Assembly (NCBI GenBank): GCA_951406725.2
Contig: OX597816.1
Coordinates: 154,814,001-154,878,000, forward strand
Length of the DNA: 64,000 nucleotides
Direction of reading: 5' to 3'
DNA from: Octopus vulgaris
Lineage: Eukaryota
How positions within the stretch are numbered: position 1 is the stretch's first letter; every line of letters begins with the position of its first letter. The notes beneath the pieces are model-generated. The model ran no database searches. It was not told the DNA's origin and was given only the letters and a program-made list of their open reading frames with translations. Positions 42,512 to 55,340 of this stretch are shown in pieces. The translations under genes were made by a program, and so were the position numbers.

Positions 42512-43724
42512 ACGGTGAAAAGAACCTATGCTCGGCTGCTTAGACTAAAATACATAAAGATTGCAAAAAGATAGATCTGAGAGTGAATAAAAATATCTAA
42601 TCCATAATCGTTCGTCTGATTTCCCGTTCAGGCATAAGCTAAACAATATATATTTGTCAGTACAGATTAAATATTTTGAATACAAATTGTATTTATGTAT
42701 ACATAAGCGTGTGCATGTGTGTATGTGTGTGTATCGTTATCTTATCGTATTAGTTCACTGAATTTTTATAAATCCTCAATTGTTTTTCTTTTTATCGAAC
42801 AGCTTTTATTGAGTCACAAATTGCAATGAAATCTCCATAAAAATAATTTACTATAGGAAAAATAATTACTTGTACTTGATATTTCTACTTAAATTATATT
42901 TAGTACAGAATGTATAAACAGAACATGTTAATACTAAATAATAGTTAACCCATAGAGAATATTATGAGAATTAAATCATTGTTTTTTAAAAACTACTTAA
43001 GAAAACAACATTCTTAAAAAGTCGTTGATTTCTGGATGTGTATTCGCTAGCTATATATAACTGGAACAAGTCTGCTTGCCGGAATCCATTTTCCTCTTAA
43101 TTATATAAATCCACATGAACTGGTTTCGTCTCGACAAACTGTAGGAATACTCACCAATATTACTAGACTACTGGGCTATAAAATGAGAAGTGTCAGTGTC
43201 GGATTCAGGTTTCATTAGCGTCAAGTTTGTTACGACACCAGCTTCTCCATATTACAGCCCTCACCATCTGAAGCTCTGATATTTTCATGTGGAATTAAAG
43301 AAACCTCGTTGCATTGTCAATAAAATAAACCTACATAGAAACAATCTAATTTTGTTTTCCAATTCATTTTCAAGATAGAAACTAGTATATTCTGATTCCG
43401 TAATACAGATTCATTGAGAAATACGGTGTTTAAATTCTAGTTTTAAAATATCCTTTGACAATCTTTGATGGAAATATTTGATGTAAGTGCATTTCACTCA
43501 TTTATTTAATATTCTTTTTGTTTTCATATTCATTAAGAGATTAATGTTGGTGCCAAGTGTTAATGGACAAAACCGAGATAATACAAGACTACAAAGGTGC
43601 ATCGTGAACGTCATGATTTATCCTTAAATAAAATCAACCACAGCAACGTAGTTAGTCCATTGTAGATTCTTTCAATAATTGGCTACGCGCCATATTACAA
43701 TAAATCAATATTACAATTTAAACA

Positions 43725-43915
43725 GAGGCTGCAAGCTAGCAGAATCGGTACCGCGCTTTTCTCGACTTTAAGTTCTGAGTTCAAATGACGCCGGGTTCCA
43801 ATTTGGCTTTTATCCTTTCAGAGTCGATATAATAAGTACTAGCTGAGCACTGGGGTGGATATAATCAATTTAATACCTTCCCCTAAATTATTGACCTTGT
43901 GCCAAAATTTGAAAT
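43725..43915 (+). mobile_element. Diverged SINE family D
   Basis: 'gttctgagttcaaat...tcctttcagagtcgatataataagtact'. Confidence 0.7.
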
Positions 43916-45534
43916 CTATATTACAATTTAAACTGGAAACCTAAATTACGAACGGGTAAAGTATTATACGTAAATCCCAGCAGTGACATACTGGTTTCTA
44001 TGTTGGATCATAAGAACCGTGCTGAAAATGCAGTTTCCATCTTAAGATACAAGGGAGGTGCATCCTGAAGAAATCTTCCAGTTATTTGCTCCAATCTCGT
44101 TAGAAGTTTTCTAACGAGAATTAACAGATTACAAAACAACCACCCCTTTAACAGCACTACTGTTGCTTATAGCTGTTAATTAGAATAATTACTTATTTGT
44201 AGTCTTTGTCATTTAGCGCCAGGCTAACAGTATAATATTCCAGCAGAATCAGATTCTGATTGTAAGGCAAAAGCTTGAACTGACTCTCCATGAATATAAT
44301 ACGTAAGAATGTATTACATAAACGTAGAAATTTATCATCTCTATGATTTTTCTGCGTGTGTGCATATATATATATATTATAATTATATATATATAAATAA
44401 AAAGGGCTTGGCTAGTGCCTCACCACGCACTGAAAAATAGATGCCAAAAGATACTGTTATCACTATAAATTCTCCGAGAAAACACACTACATAATAGGCT
44501 AGCAGAAGAAAGAAAATGAATTAAAACTTTGATTAACTGCGTACACGATCGTGTTTCGAACTTAATAAAAAACATTACCCATTACTTTCATCAGCCTCGG
44601 TAATTAGAATAATTACCGACGCTGTAATTATTTGAACTCTAAAGGTTCAAACGGCGTGGTGTATTGGAGTGATTTCTCATCAGGTATGTATATGTGTGTA
44701 CGTGTATGTATGCATATATGTGTGTGTACATTTATATATATATATATATATGCAAACACAAATATGCATATACATATACAAAGAAACAGGGAGGGAGAGA
44801 GGGTAAGAGGAAGAGAGAGACAGGGAGAGAGAAATGGATAGAGAGTGAAAGAACTACAACAGCGATTAGCATGTTCGCATTCAAATCTGCCGGAACGTAT
44901 AAGGAATGAATTATGTATTCTCGCTGAAGTTCGTGCACATACTGATTATACATACAGACACCGACACAGACACACAAAGATACACACAGATACACACTCA
45001 TAGGTGACTTATATGCAGTGAAAAATTTTTTCCCACTCACTTCTTAGGATGGTAATGACGATTAAACTTTCTGATATGATACAGACGAATAAACAAGTAC
45101 ATTTAATGGCAAAAAGTGGTCATGTACATTAGTTTTATATCTTGAGTGTACAGTGTAAATAAGTATGATCTCTTGAGATGGACGTTACTTTTGTAAATGA
45201 ATACTCAGTCTAACAGAAGAAATCTAAAGTAGATGTCATGAGCAGGCCAATTTGGTATAAGAATATAAATGTATTCGTAGTACTTGAATCTTACTCTGTT
45301 TCATCGATGCCAGAAGAATGAAAAGTGAAGTTCACCTCAACGGAATTCGAACAGAAATGCTAAAGATATATTGTGGTGTACTTTAGCTTCTTTAGTCTCC
45401 TTTAGTTCCATTTAGATTCAGTGAATCTAATGGGGCTTATAAATTCGACCAAAACCCTCAGAATGATAGGGTAGAAAGAAGTGATTTCTTTCTCTTATAT
45501 TTACATTTTTATTATTTTTATCATTTATATATAT

Positions 45535-45700
45535 AAACGTTAGCACGCCGGGCGAAATGCGTAGCCGTATTTCCTCTGCCGTTACGTTCTGAGTTCAAAT
45601 TCCGCCGAGGTCGACTTTGTCTTTCATCCTTTCGCGGTCGATAAATAAGTACCAGCTGCATTCAGGGTTCGCGGGCCTTGTGCCTAGAGTAGGAAAGTAC
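45535..45700 (+). mobile_element. SINE family D, well-conserved body
   Basis: 'gttctgagttcaaattccgccgaggtcgactttgtctttcatcctttcgcggtcgataaataagtaccag'. Confidence 0.85.
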
Positions 45701-46279
45701 ATTAGTACATCAGCTGATGCATTAAAATAACCGCTGAAAAAACTCTGCTGTAACTTTTCATTTCTTCTGCTATTTGGTGCTAGCGCTCTCATTGTTACTG
45801 CGGTTGCTATTCTTGTAACTGAGCAACAGCAAACAACAGCAACAACAACAACAACAACAACAACAACTACTACTACTACTACGCCAACGACGACGACCAC
45901 ACCATCGCCACCACCACTACCACCAGCTGTAGCAGCAGCAACTGCAAGATGTTTAATTCAGCAGTCAGCTATAGAAAAATGTGCGTGCAGATAACAGTAC
46001 ATTGGGTTATATATTTTTTAACTGAGTCAAACATCAATTTTGATTGATGTTTCGCCGCTGAATATGCTTCCACACTCTCAGATATTGACAGATGTGTGTA
46101 TACGTTAGACTGTGCAATATGCCTGTATATGTATATGTTTGTGCATATGTGTATATGAGTACGTATGCGTGTATGAGTTTGCGAATGCGAATATTTAGCG
46201 TTGTGATATAGCCTAGAGAGAACAAGGAACAGATTTACTGATGGTGCGATGCTATTAATAGAGTGAAATAAATTGCAGT

Positions 46280-46404
46280 GAATGGGATAAAATTCAAACT
46301 TTGTGCGAGTCCATGTCTCATAGGATTCAAGGCGGTTCCTACCCCATATTAAATAAAATTTGTTCGAAATATTAAGGTGCTTTCATTATTTTGTCCAACC
46401 CCTG
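46280..46404 (+). mobile_element. Solo 3'-end fragment (with TIR) of the same Tc1 family as 40216-41471
   Basis: 'ttgtgcgagtccatgtctc...ggcggttcctaccccatattaaataaa...ttattttgtccaacccctg' matches the reverse complement of 40216-40350. Confidence 0.85.
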
Positions 46405-46549
46405 TGCGAGAAATAGAAATGTGTATGTTCTTTTATTCTTTTACATGTTTCAGTCAGTTGACTGCGGCCATGCTGGAGCAACGCCTTGAAGAATGAAAAA
46501 AAGCCTACGTATACACAAACACACACACACACATATATGTACACACACA

Positions 46550-46686
<137 letters not shown>

Positions 46687-46704
46687 TTATATATATATAC
46701 ATAC

Positions 46705-47294
46705 AATTGCTTTAGATCCGTAATGCATCTTACGGCTGTGCTGGTCATCTGTATGGTGAGGAATCTTACACTGAGAAGTGGTGACAACTAGGGTAGGGTA
46801 GCTGACTGCTTATTGTGATCATTCATCTTTTGGTTTGCTCTAGCATTGCTCTCTTTTACAAACCCAGTGAACATTCATATATTTCCAATTTCAAAGAAAT
46901 TTGAACAATAGATATAAGACACAAGTTAAAAAAGATTCCCAACAATTCAACTTCTTTGTTTGACTTTGAGACCCCTATGATAAGGGCCTTAACTCCAACA
47001 TTTTAGAGCTCCCTATGCTCCATGTACTTCATTTTCCAGGAGCAAAAACTTTTGAATGGGTTTTATTAGATTTGGATTTTGGAATCTGGGCATACAGACG
47101 AGTAGTATGGGATAAATATGTCATGATTAAAAGTTTTTTAAGGGTGTGCAAAGAGGGAAAGAACCCCCAGCAAAATTCTTAGTCTCCAATTTTGATGAAA
47201 TTAGAATAATAGGTATTCCAGTTCATTAGTAAAAATATAAAAGTCTAATTCTTCAATTCCATGTTACACGGGCAACGCCGAGTATCTCTGCTAG
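46705..47294 (+). mobile_element. Probable non-autonomous Helitron (5' boundary uncertain)
   Basis: The 3' end 'cacgggcaacgccgagtatctctgCTAG|T' parallels the terminus at 3728. Confidence 0.6.
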
Positions 47295-47309
47295 TTTATA
47301 AATAGATAT

Positions 47310-47505
47310 ATAGTTGAAATTTATAGAAAGACAAAAGTCGAAGACGTGTATGAACAACAAGCAAGTGTATTAGTTTGACGCTTGGGAAAATGAAAAAGTC
47401 TTTTACGTTTCGAGCCAACGCTCTTCAACAGAAAGGAATAAGAGAAAATAAACACATAGAGAATGAAAATAATTGTAGATTTCAGCGGTTCAGCATGGCG
47501 AATAA
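47310..47505 (-). mobile_element. Penelope-like terminal-repeat fragment with a minimal hammerhead-like motif (47400-47435)
   Basis: Minus strand CUUU-CUGUUGA-A-GAGC guug GCUC-GAAAC-GUA-AAAG. Confidence 0.6.
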
Positions 47506-47673
47506 TTAGTAAAAAGCTTGAAAGAAAGGGAGATAATAATAATAAAAATAGGTTGAAAGAAATAGAGATAATAAAGTGCTGGTAACCCCAAAAGAAGGTG
47601 TGTGTGCGTGTGTGAGTATGTGAGAATGGTGTGTGTGAATCTGTGTGTGTGAATAGGAGCTAGTTACTGACGT

Positions 47674-47710
<37 letters not shown>

Positions 47711-47722
47711 GTGTGTAGCAGT

Positions 47723-47767
<45 letters not shown>

Positions 47768-47775
47768 TATATGTA

Positions 47776-47811
<36 letters not shown>

Positions 47812-48006
47812 TGTATATAGACACACTCAGCTCCTGATGGGTTCAAGGGATGCCATCTTAATATACAGCGTCTTTGTGTTTTAACCGCAGTGGAGGTTAT
47901 ATTTATTTAAGATTGGAGTTTGGTAAGAGGAGCATCGATTTCTTCCAGCAAGAGACATACATACACGCAGAGAAAGTAAGAATGTGTGCTTGCGTGTGTG
48001 TGAGTG

Positions 48007-48080
<74 letters not shown>

Positions 48081-48358
48081 CGAGAAAGAGAGATAGAGAA
48101 AGGAATATTGATCCAGTACGGGACTGTCAATTTATTCATCGATTCCCGAAAGTATGACAAATAAACTTGACATCGGCAGTGTTTGAGCAGAGAGTCCGTA
48201 GTGGCGAAAATGTTACAACCGTCTTCGCTAATTTGTTTTGCATATATGAATATATAACTGGTCTTTTATATCCATCCATCCATCCGTACGTACGTATGTA
48301 TGTATCTATCTATCTACATATGGATAAATATTCACACACACATGTAGCTATATATGTA

Positions 48359-48416
<58 letters not shown>

Positions 48417-48417
48417 A

Positions 48418-48475
<58 letters not shown>

Positions 48476-48479
48476 ACGA

Positions 48480-48662
48480 GATATAATTTTATAGAGTACA
48501 TTTATACTTAAGGGCACAGAAGCTACCATGCCCATACGCTAAAAATAGACGACAAATATGTCGAACCAACATGGTTGAACGTATTTGCCGTCTGTTTTCC
48601 CCGTATAGGCATGGTAGTTTCTGTGCTCTGAAGTATAATTGTGCCCTATACAACTATATATC
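48480..48662. repeat. Diverged foldback inverted repeat (~88 bp arms)
   Basis: 'gcacagaagctaccatgcccatacg' pairs with 'cgtataggcatggtagtttctgtgc'. Confidence 0.9.
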
Positions 48663-48779
48663 TGTATATATGTATTTTACCTAAAAGGTTTTTTTATATG
48701 CTGACCACTGTTAAAATGATTTAATTATAATATTTTAATGATATATAATATATATATATATAAATATATTAATTAATAA

Positions 48780-49290
48780 TAAATATTAGGGAATAAATCC
48801 AAACTTACAGGGAAAAATCAGATTTAGGATTGAATCCAATTTTATAGTAAAATATTATATTATATTAAATTAGAGACAAAACCACTATTAGGCAAATCAA
48901 ACAATGAAAAACTTAAGCCAATACATAAGATTATTTAATTTATATTATTTAAATATATAACAAAATTATTAAAAAAATATAATTAATATCACACTACGAT
49001 CGTTTCATGCCTGCTAACATCTTCAAATTTTTGAGTCGCAGTCATTCATCAGGTGGTTTAAATATTTTTCTTGGCGAGGTTTAAACATCTAAGAAAAGGC
49101 TTTGCAGTTGAAATACTTTCCGGTTATTTCGCTCTTGCTAGTCACTTGAGGTAAATTAAATATATTTAGAGGGTAATGTATAAACGAATGTCAGATTAAC
49201 CCAGAAATAGACAGATGTTTCATGACCATATGGTAATTAATTTGATTTGCCTAATAGTGGTTTTGTCTCTAATTTAATATAATATATATA
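48780..49290 (-). mobile_element. Penelope-like non-autonomous element with an inverted terminal segment and an internal hammerhead
   Basis: 48860-48901 is inverted at 49241-49283, and 49087-49236 is duplicated at 49854-50005. Confidence 0.65.
48992..49055 (-). ncRNA. Type I hammerhead ribozyme, canonical core
   Basis: Minus strand CAC-CUGAUGA-AUGACUGC...GCAGGCAU-GAAAC-GAUC-GUA-GUG. Predicted cleavage is between 48995 and 48994. Confidence 0.78.
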
Positions 49291-51359
49291 AATATATATA
49301 TATATATAAATACACGTATATATTTTTACATCCATATGTATATCCCCCCATATATATATATATGTACTTATATATGTATATATTTATAAACTTACATATA
49401 CATCCATATCCACCACCCTACACACATCTATGTAAACGTTTCCCCACCAAATTCGACATTATCAATTTCAGTCTCATTAACGTCAGTCTGAGTGTCGTCA
49501 TCGTCAACTTAAATTTCGGTATGCACATTCACAGTAAAATTTCGAAAGAAATGAACAATTTTTTAAAACCTCACTAGATAAAAAATGCCATATATCTTTA
49601 AGAATGAAACAGCTTTTATTCTTTTACAATTATGCAATCTGCTATCACTGATGTCAAAGTCTTTTCATAGTAAAATATCTACAGTGACGACAATTAAGTT
49701 GACGATGATGAAATCGAAACTGACAATACCGTTGGGGCTGGCGATAACGAATCTGAGATCCACTTTGACAAGGTTGAAGTTTCTTTAGCGTAATCTAATA
49801 TATTTCCAAAATCAAAGTCTTACCTACATGTGAGTATTTTTTAAAAATAGAAATATCTAAGAAAAGGCTTTGCAGTTGAAATACTTTCCGGTTATTTCGC
49901 TCTTGCTAGTCACTTGAGGTAAAATAAAGATATTTAGAGGGTAATGTATAAACGAATGTCAGATTAACCCAGAAATAGATAGATGTTTCATGACCATATG
50001 GTAATAATTTTGTGAGAAATTTAATTAGCAGGCTGCTAGGGATATACATATGGATGTAAAAATATACACACGAACACATGCATACACACATATAAGTTCT
50101 TTATGTACTGCACATGATTTAAATCTGCTAGATGTTTTTCTTAAAATAATTTTGTTGTGTATCGTTGTAAAGTGTACAAATCTAATAAAACACACTCAGA
50201 ATGATTAAGTCTGGTTCAAGTTGTATTATGTACAGAGCTAACTTAAATTTTTTGCGTTTAATGTCGTGTTACTTTATGCTAACAAGTTCAGCATGGTTGC
50301 TCACCCATCCTATGATAATGCTCCTCCTGTGACAGCAACCAACATACGCCACTGATATATTCGACACAGATACTCCACTCAAAGTTAAGCCGCTCTCACC
50401 TGTGCGCATAAAATCGATTCCATCCCCACCTATTCACATTATGATCGTCTTACAATCAGCCAGTTTCGCTTTCCTTGACCACCTCCACTTCACATAGCCC
50501 TTTCGGAGTGCCCTCCTCTGAAACTTCCGACTCCTTTAATTCGATCCCTCCATTTTCCACCTCATTTCGGATCTATCCTTCTGTGATTTTACGCAAACTT
50601 GCAATTTGCGTAACTTGCTGGTCTGTACCTCTTTCCATATACCACGAACCCAATAGGATATCGCTCCTTATTCCGCCCCCGTTACAACATTTATACATTT
50701 CTCACTAACTCAACTCTCTTACCAGACAAGGAGCTACTTGTATATCACCGACTCTTTGAAATTTCAATATGTAAATCCTTATTTACTGTCTAATATACTT
50801 TATATTTTCCTTTTATTACCTCCGCCTTCACTAAGGCGGAGGTATTGTTTTCAGTTATGTTTGTTTGTTTGTCCGTGGACAAGATATCTCAAGAACCTCT
50901 GGATGGATTCGGATGAAACTTTCAGGAATGTTTTGGCCTCGTGACTAGCACGAACTGATTAGGTTTTGGAATCGACCCGGTACCGGACAAGGATTCTGGA
51001 TTATTTGTTATACTTACTTTACATGAGTACGATCTTACGTTAACTTTCCTGTCAATTATCTCCCTTTAGGATGTAACTATTTTGAATGGTGAATTTGTTA
51101 ACTTTGGCTTGTATTAAATAAGGATAAACTATTTATTACTGTTACTAAATTTTCTACAGCTACCTTCACATTCCATGACTACCATTGGGATCGATCAAGT
51201 ACCGGAGAAGGATTCTGAATTACTTTTCGGTTTGTTTACTTAAATTTTGAGAGAGTTAGGATTCATTTTTAGCATACTCGTTTGTGAGAGCAGTCGAGTT
51301 TATTTCAGATATTCTCATTTTAAAAATCATCTCTGGCTAATCGTTGAGAAGACGTTGGT

Positions 51360-53076
51360 ACTATCGTTAGTGTTTTACTGAGTTAGTGAGTTGGAAAAGT
51401 ATACGTTCCTTGTGAGTACTGTTTTTGTTTAACTGCTAGTTATTGAATTGTTGGATTGTTGTTACCTGTTGAACTTGTTACCGCTTTTAATTTTCTTCCC
51501 CATTTATGGGTGAAGTGGCGAATAATATGGAAAGCTCACCAGTACATGCAGGCAGTTATGCTGCGGTGACTGGCAAAAGCCAGTCAGCAAAGGGACTGCA
51601 GATTACAGAAATTAAATTACAGGAGAAGGATTTTAAAAAATTCAATGATTTATTGAAAAAGGAGGGAGATAGCCTGAGCTTGACGCCCCCCAAAGAAGTA
51701 ACAGAAAGAACGGAAAAAGTGACAATTGCGTATAGAACATTGAAAATTGAATCAGAAAAGGTGGAATTAGCTGCAGTGGAGGTGGTCGAGGAGTGCCTCC
51801 GAGATATTATGAACGTAGTGATGTTCTACACAAGAGGAAGGAAATACCGCACAGTTGAAGCACGCTTCGTGCGCGAAGAAGAAGCGAGGGAATACTTCAC
51901 TGTGCCTTTGAGATCAGCGGAGTGGGCACTACTGCCAACTTACTGTGGTAAACGTGCGGCCAGAGTAAGAATAGGTAGAGTCTCCCAGAAATTGATGAGG
52001 GGTGGCTGGTGGCAGTCATTCTCTTCAACAAAGAAGAAGACACTGAGATAATAAAAATATCAAGAACTACGGAGGTGAACTGCTGGGGATATGGGCTGGA
52101 GGTTCTGGTCCATATAAGCCTGCCAGACCTCCACAAGATTGCGGAGGAACTGATATTGCCGAACGAAGCAAGGCTGAGGATAGTGGTGGAAAGGGACACA
52201 TGAAAGCTGTCTCCAGAAACACGAAGAGTAGGAGACAGGGAAGGAGTATCAGGAAGAAGAGAGTGCGACCGCGGAGGAGGAGATAATAGAGGAGCAATAC
52301 ACTGTGATAAAAAGAAAGAAGACAGACTCACCACAAAAAGTCCGAGGAAGAAAAGAAAGGCAAGAAGTGGAGATGAGAAGCAGAGTGAAAAACAAGAAGA
52401 TACAATGAGAAGAGAAAAAATGATAAAGTAAACTAAAGTAAGTGAGGAGCGAACGCAGAGACCTTCAACCAGTAAGGAGGAAAGAATATAGAAGAGAAAG
52501 GAAAATGAAAGAGAGATGATAGCAACACAGAATGAGAAACAGACAGAGACAGAAATGCCAGTAGCAGAGGATGGGATTGGTGAAGAGAGAAGGAGATTGA
52601 CACCCAAAAGGTAAAACATAAGAACAATGGTGCAATACTCCAAAAGTGTAGAGATAGAGAAGATAATTGCTAAGATGAAGAACGTGATAAGAGTGAAATT
52701 AGCGGCCAAGGAGTATAAAGAAGGTTTTAAAGCTATTTGGTGGAAAAAGAAAGAGAGAAACTGAAGGAGGTGTTTGGCGGAAAAAAAAAGATGACAGGAA
52801 TACACTTTGGCTACGCCGAATTGCCGCCGGTGGTGGCTTTTGAAGAGTTAATACAGTATATGATATAAACCAACAGATACCAGATCGATATGAACCGCGC
52901 ATTTAAAACAGTACATTCGAACTACCTGCTTTGTGGGGTAGGTAAGCCATTTCATTCTCATTTTTATTATATTAATAATGCATCCGATACGTGTTTTTAT
53001 GTACCCCAATGTATTGTTTTGTCTGTCTTTGTTTCGTCTTTTCTCTATTGAGGCCTTGTGCCTAATTAAAGAAATC
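51360..53076 (+). mobile_element. ORF1-only LINE-like retroelement with an 11 bp TSD
   Basis: Flanked by aagacgttggt (51349-51359) and aggacgttggt (53077-53087). It ends 'ggccttgtgcctaattaaagaaat'. Confidence 0.75.
51506..52800 (+). pseudogene. Disrupted L1/Tx1-like ORF1 (gag-like) protein
   Basis: ATG at 51506 and 'GSYAAVTG', then 181 aa open before a frameshift. 'LRIVVE' is followed by the zinc-knuckle remnant 'KGHMKA' and a K/E/R-rich tail with stops. Confidence 0.65.
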
Positions 53077-53240
53077 AGGACGTTGGTGTTGCCTTGACGG
53101 AGCTTTGCGCCCTCTGAGTGCTCTTGTTATATGTATTTTAGTCATTGAACTGCAGCTATACGAGAGGCCGCCTTGAAGGGTTTAGTCTATTGAATCAGCT
53201 GCATCACTATATTTTATGTCTGATATATTTATTCTACGTT

Positions 53241-53500
53241 TGAAGCGTGTAGCTTAGTGGTTAAGGTGTTGGACTTATGATCGTATTATTGTGGTTTCGA
53301 TTTCTGTGCCGGGTGATGCTTTTGTGTTCTTGAACAAAACATTTCATTTCATGTTGCCCCAGTCCATTCAGCTGGTAAAAATGAGTAATCCTGTGCGACG
53401 GACTGGTGTCACCACCAAAGGTAAAGGAATATATGCGTTACGGAATCTGGGAAGTCAGCCCTATGAGTTTGTAGGAATTGGGAAGGATCTTTATCCTTTT
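53241..53500 (+). mobile_element. Diverged SINE family B
   Basis: 'gcgtgtagcttagtggttaaggtg...gtttcgatttc...ccagtccattcagctggtaaaaatgagta'. Confidence 0.78.
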
Positions 53501-54839
53501 TCTTATTTATTGATTCCATCATCCCCCTATTATATTATATGTAATATATTACGTAAACACATAGAACTACACATATATATTCGTATACACGCGCGAATGT
53601 ACGGACTACTTTGAAGCAACTTTACAACGAACTCATGGAAATTTTCAGTTGACGTGCGTATGTCTAAAAACCAACAGGTCTTTCTTAAAGAGAAAAGAAA
53701 TACAAAATATTAAAAAGCAAACAAAATAGAATAACAAAGATGTTCCAACACTATCTACTTAACGTTTCTAGAATTTCTATCTTGCTACCTGTTATTAAAA
53801 TCGAAATAATTTACTACAATATTAGTATTTTTTCATGAACTTGCTACAAACAAAGCATTCTCTGCTTCTCTTCCTTTATCTTCTCTTTCCCATGTTCCGT
53901 TTCTTTTATATTTTTCGCTCAGTTATTCGCTTTGTTAATTTCCTCACCCTGTTTTTACCATTATCTTCCTGGTCATTCAGGACTTGTCGAAATATTTGCA
54001 CTAAATAAAGAAGACCATAAAAAGGAAAGAAAAGAAAAAAACTGTTTCGTAATTTCACCCTCCATTGCCCTTGACAAAACGTCTGAGCTGATCGGCTGAC
54101 TTTCCATTTTCTTTAAGAATCGATTATATCTCCCGTACGATACATTATATGGTGGTGGATTAAATCTCAACGAATAGTAAATCCACTGGCTAGATTCGAT
54201 GTGAAACACGCATGACAGATTTTCATTGGTATAATAAATTCTCGTAGGATGTAGTAAGAAATTATACAACTCTTTCACCTTCATTTCAAACACGCGAAAT
54301 AATGAAGGCGCATCTACACAATTATTTAATTATAAGAATCAGCAGTCAAACCTCCCATGAATCAACCCACTCCTACTTAATAAACGAGAGGTACTTAAGA
54401 TAGTCTTATATACTGTAAGGATCGAAATGGTTCCAACTGGGATGTCTTGACCGCAGATTTACTCAGGGTCTAAAAGCATTGTAATGAGTTTTGAACTAGT
54501 AAAATGTACAAATATATATTTGCAAGTATACATGAAAAAGATACATATATGAATTTATTTTTTCCGACTTGTGTCTCTTTGAATCTACGTGGTACTCTCC
54601 ATCAAGTGAATGCTAAAATTAGAATACCGGTTTAAAACAATGGGTAACTATAGATAATCCAATAGTGCTCTCAAATCCACTTACCTACAAACTTGCGAAT
54701 ACACTAAGTATATAATATTATGTATAATATGTGAAACATTTACCAACTAATAGCTGTTGCCAATGCACAGAAACAATTGTTGTGATTTGCATTACAACCT
54801 CTTAATATCATAATTTTATATATATATATACAAGAGTTA

Positions 54840-55035
54840 AGGAATGGATTAGATAAGATCCTGCCTACATATGCTTCATAGCAAGCGGAACCTAGGAAGT
54901 GGTAAATATCCAAGCGAGGTGTATACCGCAGGCTACTCTTCAGGCCAAGGATATCTTGATTAAATGAAAGTTTATATTGTCGCAAGGAGGTACGCGTTAA
55001 CGCATGGTAGATTGAATCTGATTGACTTTTCCATG
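54840..55035 (-). mobile_element. Second copy of the 21338 element, with a hammerhead-like motif at 54863-54946
   Basis: Minus strand GGC-CUGAAGA-GUAGCcuGCGG...CCGCuuGCUAU-GAAGC-AUAU-GUA-GGC. Confidence 0.7.
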
Positions 55036-55270
55036 TGTTATATATATATATATAACACATATATAACACATATATATACATTTGCATATTTAATAAATAT
55101 TACGGTATGAAAAATTTTTTGAAATTTTTACTACCAGTGGCCTAGCATACAGAAAAACTAGTCAATAGATTATATATTATTCATATAAATAGTGTACATT
55201 TAAACACATAAGAGATGACCATCATAGGACACCTAGCACGCTAGAAAGTGTATATGTTAATCTTGGCGTC

Positions 55271-55340
55271 CCTGCTGATGAGAACTTTGCCTAGCAAATT
55301 ACTTTATTTGCTAATTTAGAGTTCAAAACCATGGTCCAAG
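55271..55340 (+). ncRNA. Type I hammerhead-like motif (G12 to A change)
   Basis: CCUG-CUGAUGA-GAACU...AGUUC-AAAAC-CAUG-GUC-CAAG, with the internal hairpin UAGCAAAU/AUUUGCUA. Confidence 0.62.

Larger units (their letters stand above)
50815..53128 (+). mobile_element. Helentron-type non-autonomous element (HINE/DINE-1-like) interrupted by a 1.7 kb insertion
   Basis: The 5' end has the hairpin 'attacctccgcctt cact aaggcggaggta' followed by (GTTT)n. The 3' end 'ttgacggagctttgcgccctctgagtgctcttgtt' is a subterminal IR plus hairpin, and the flanks are T-rich. Confidence 0.7.

Noticed and set aside
51897-52805. 302 aa minus-strand ORF, the longest in the track
   Set aside because: It is the F/L/S-rich antisense shadow of the purine-rich ORF1 remnant on the plus strand.
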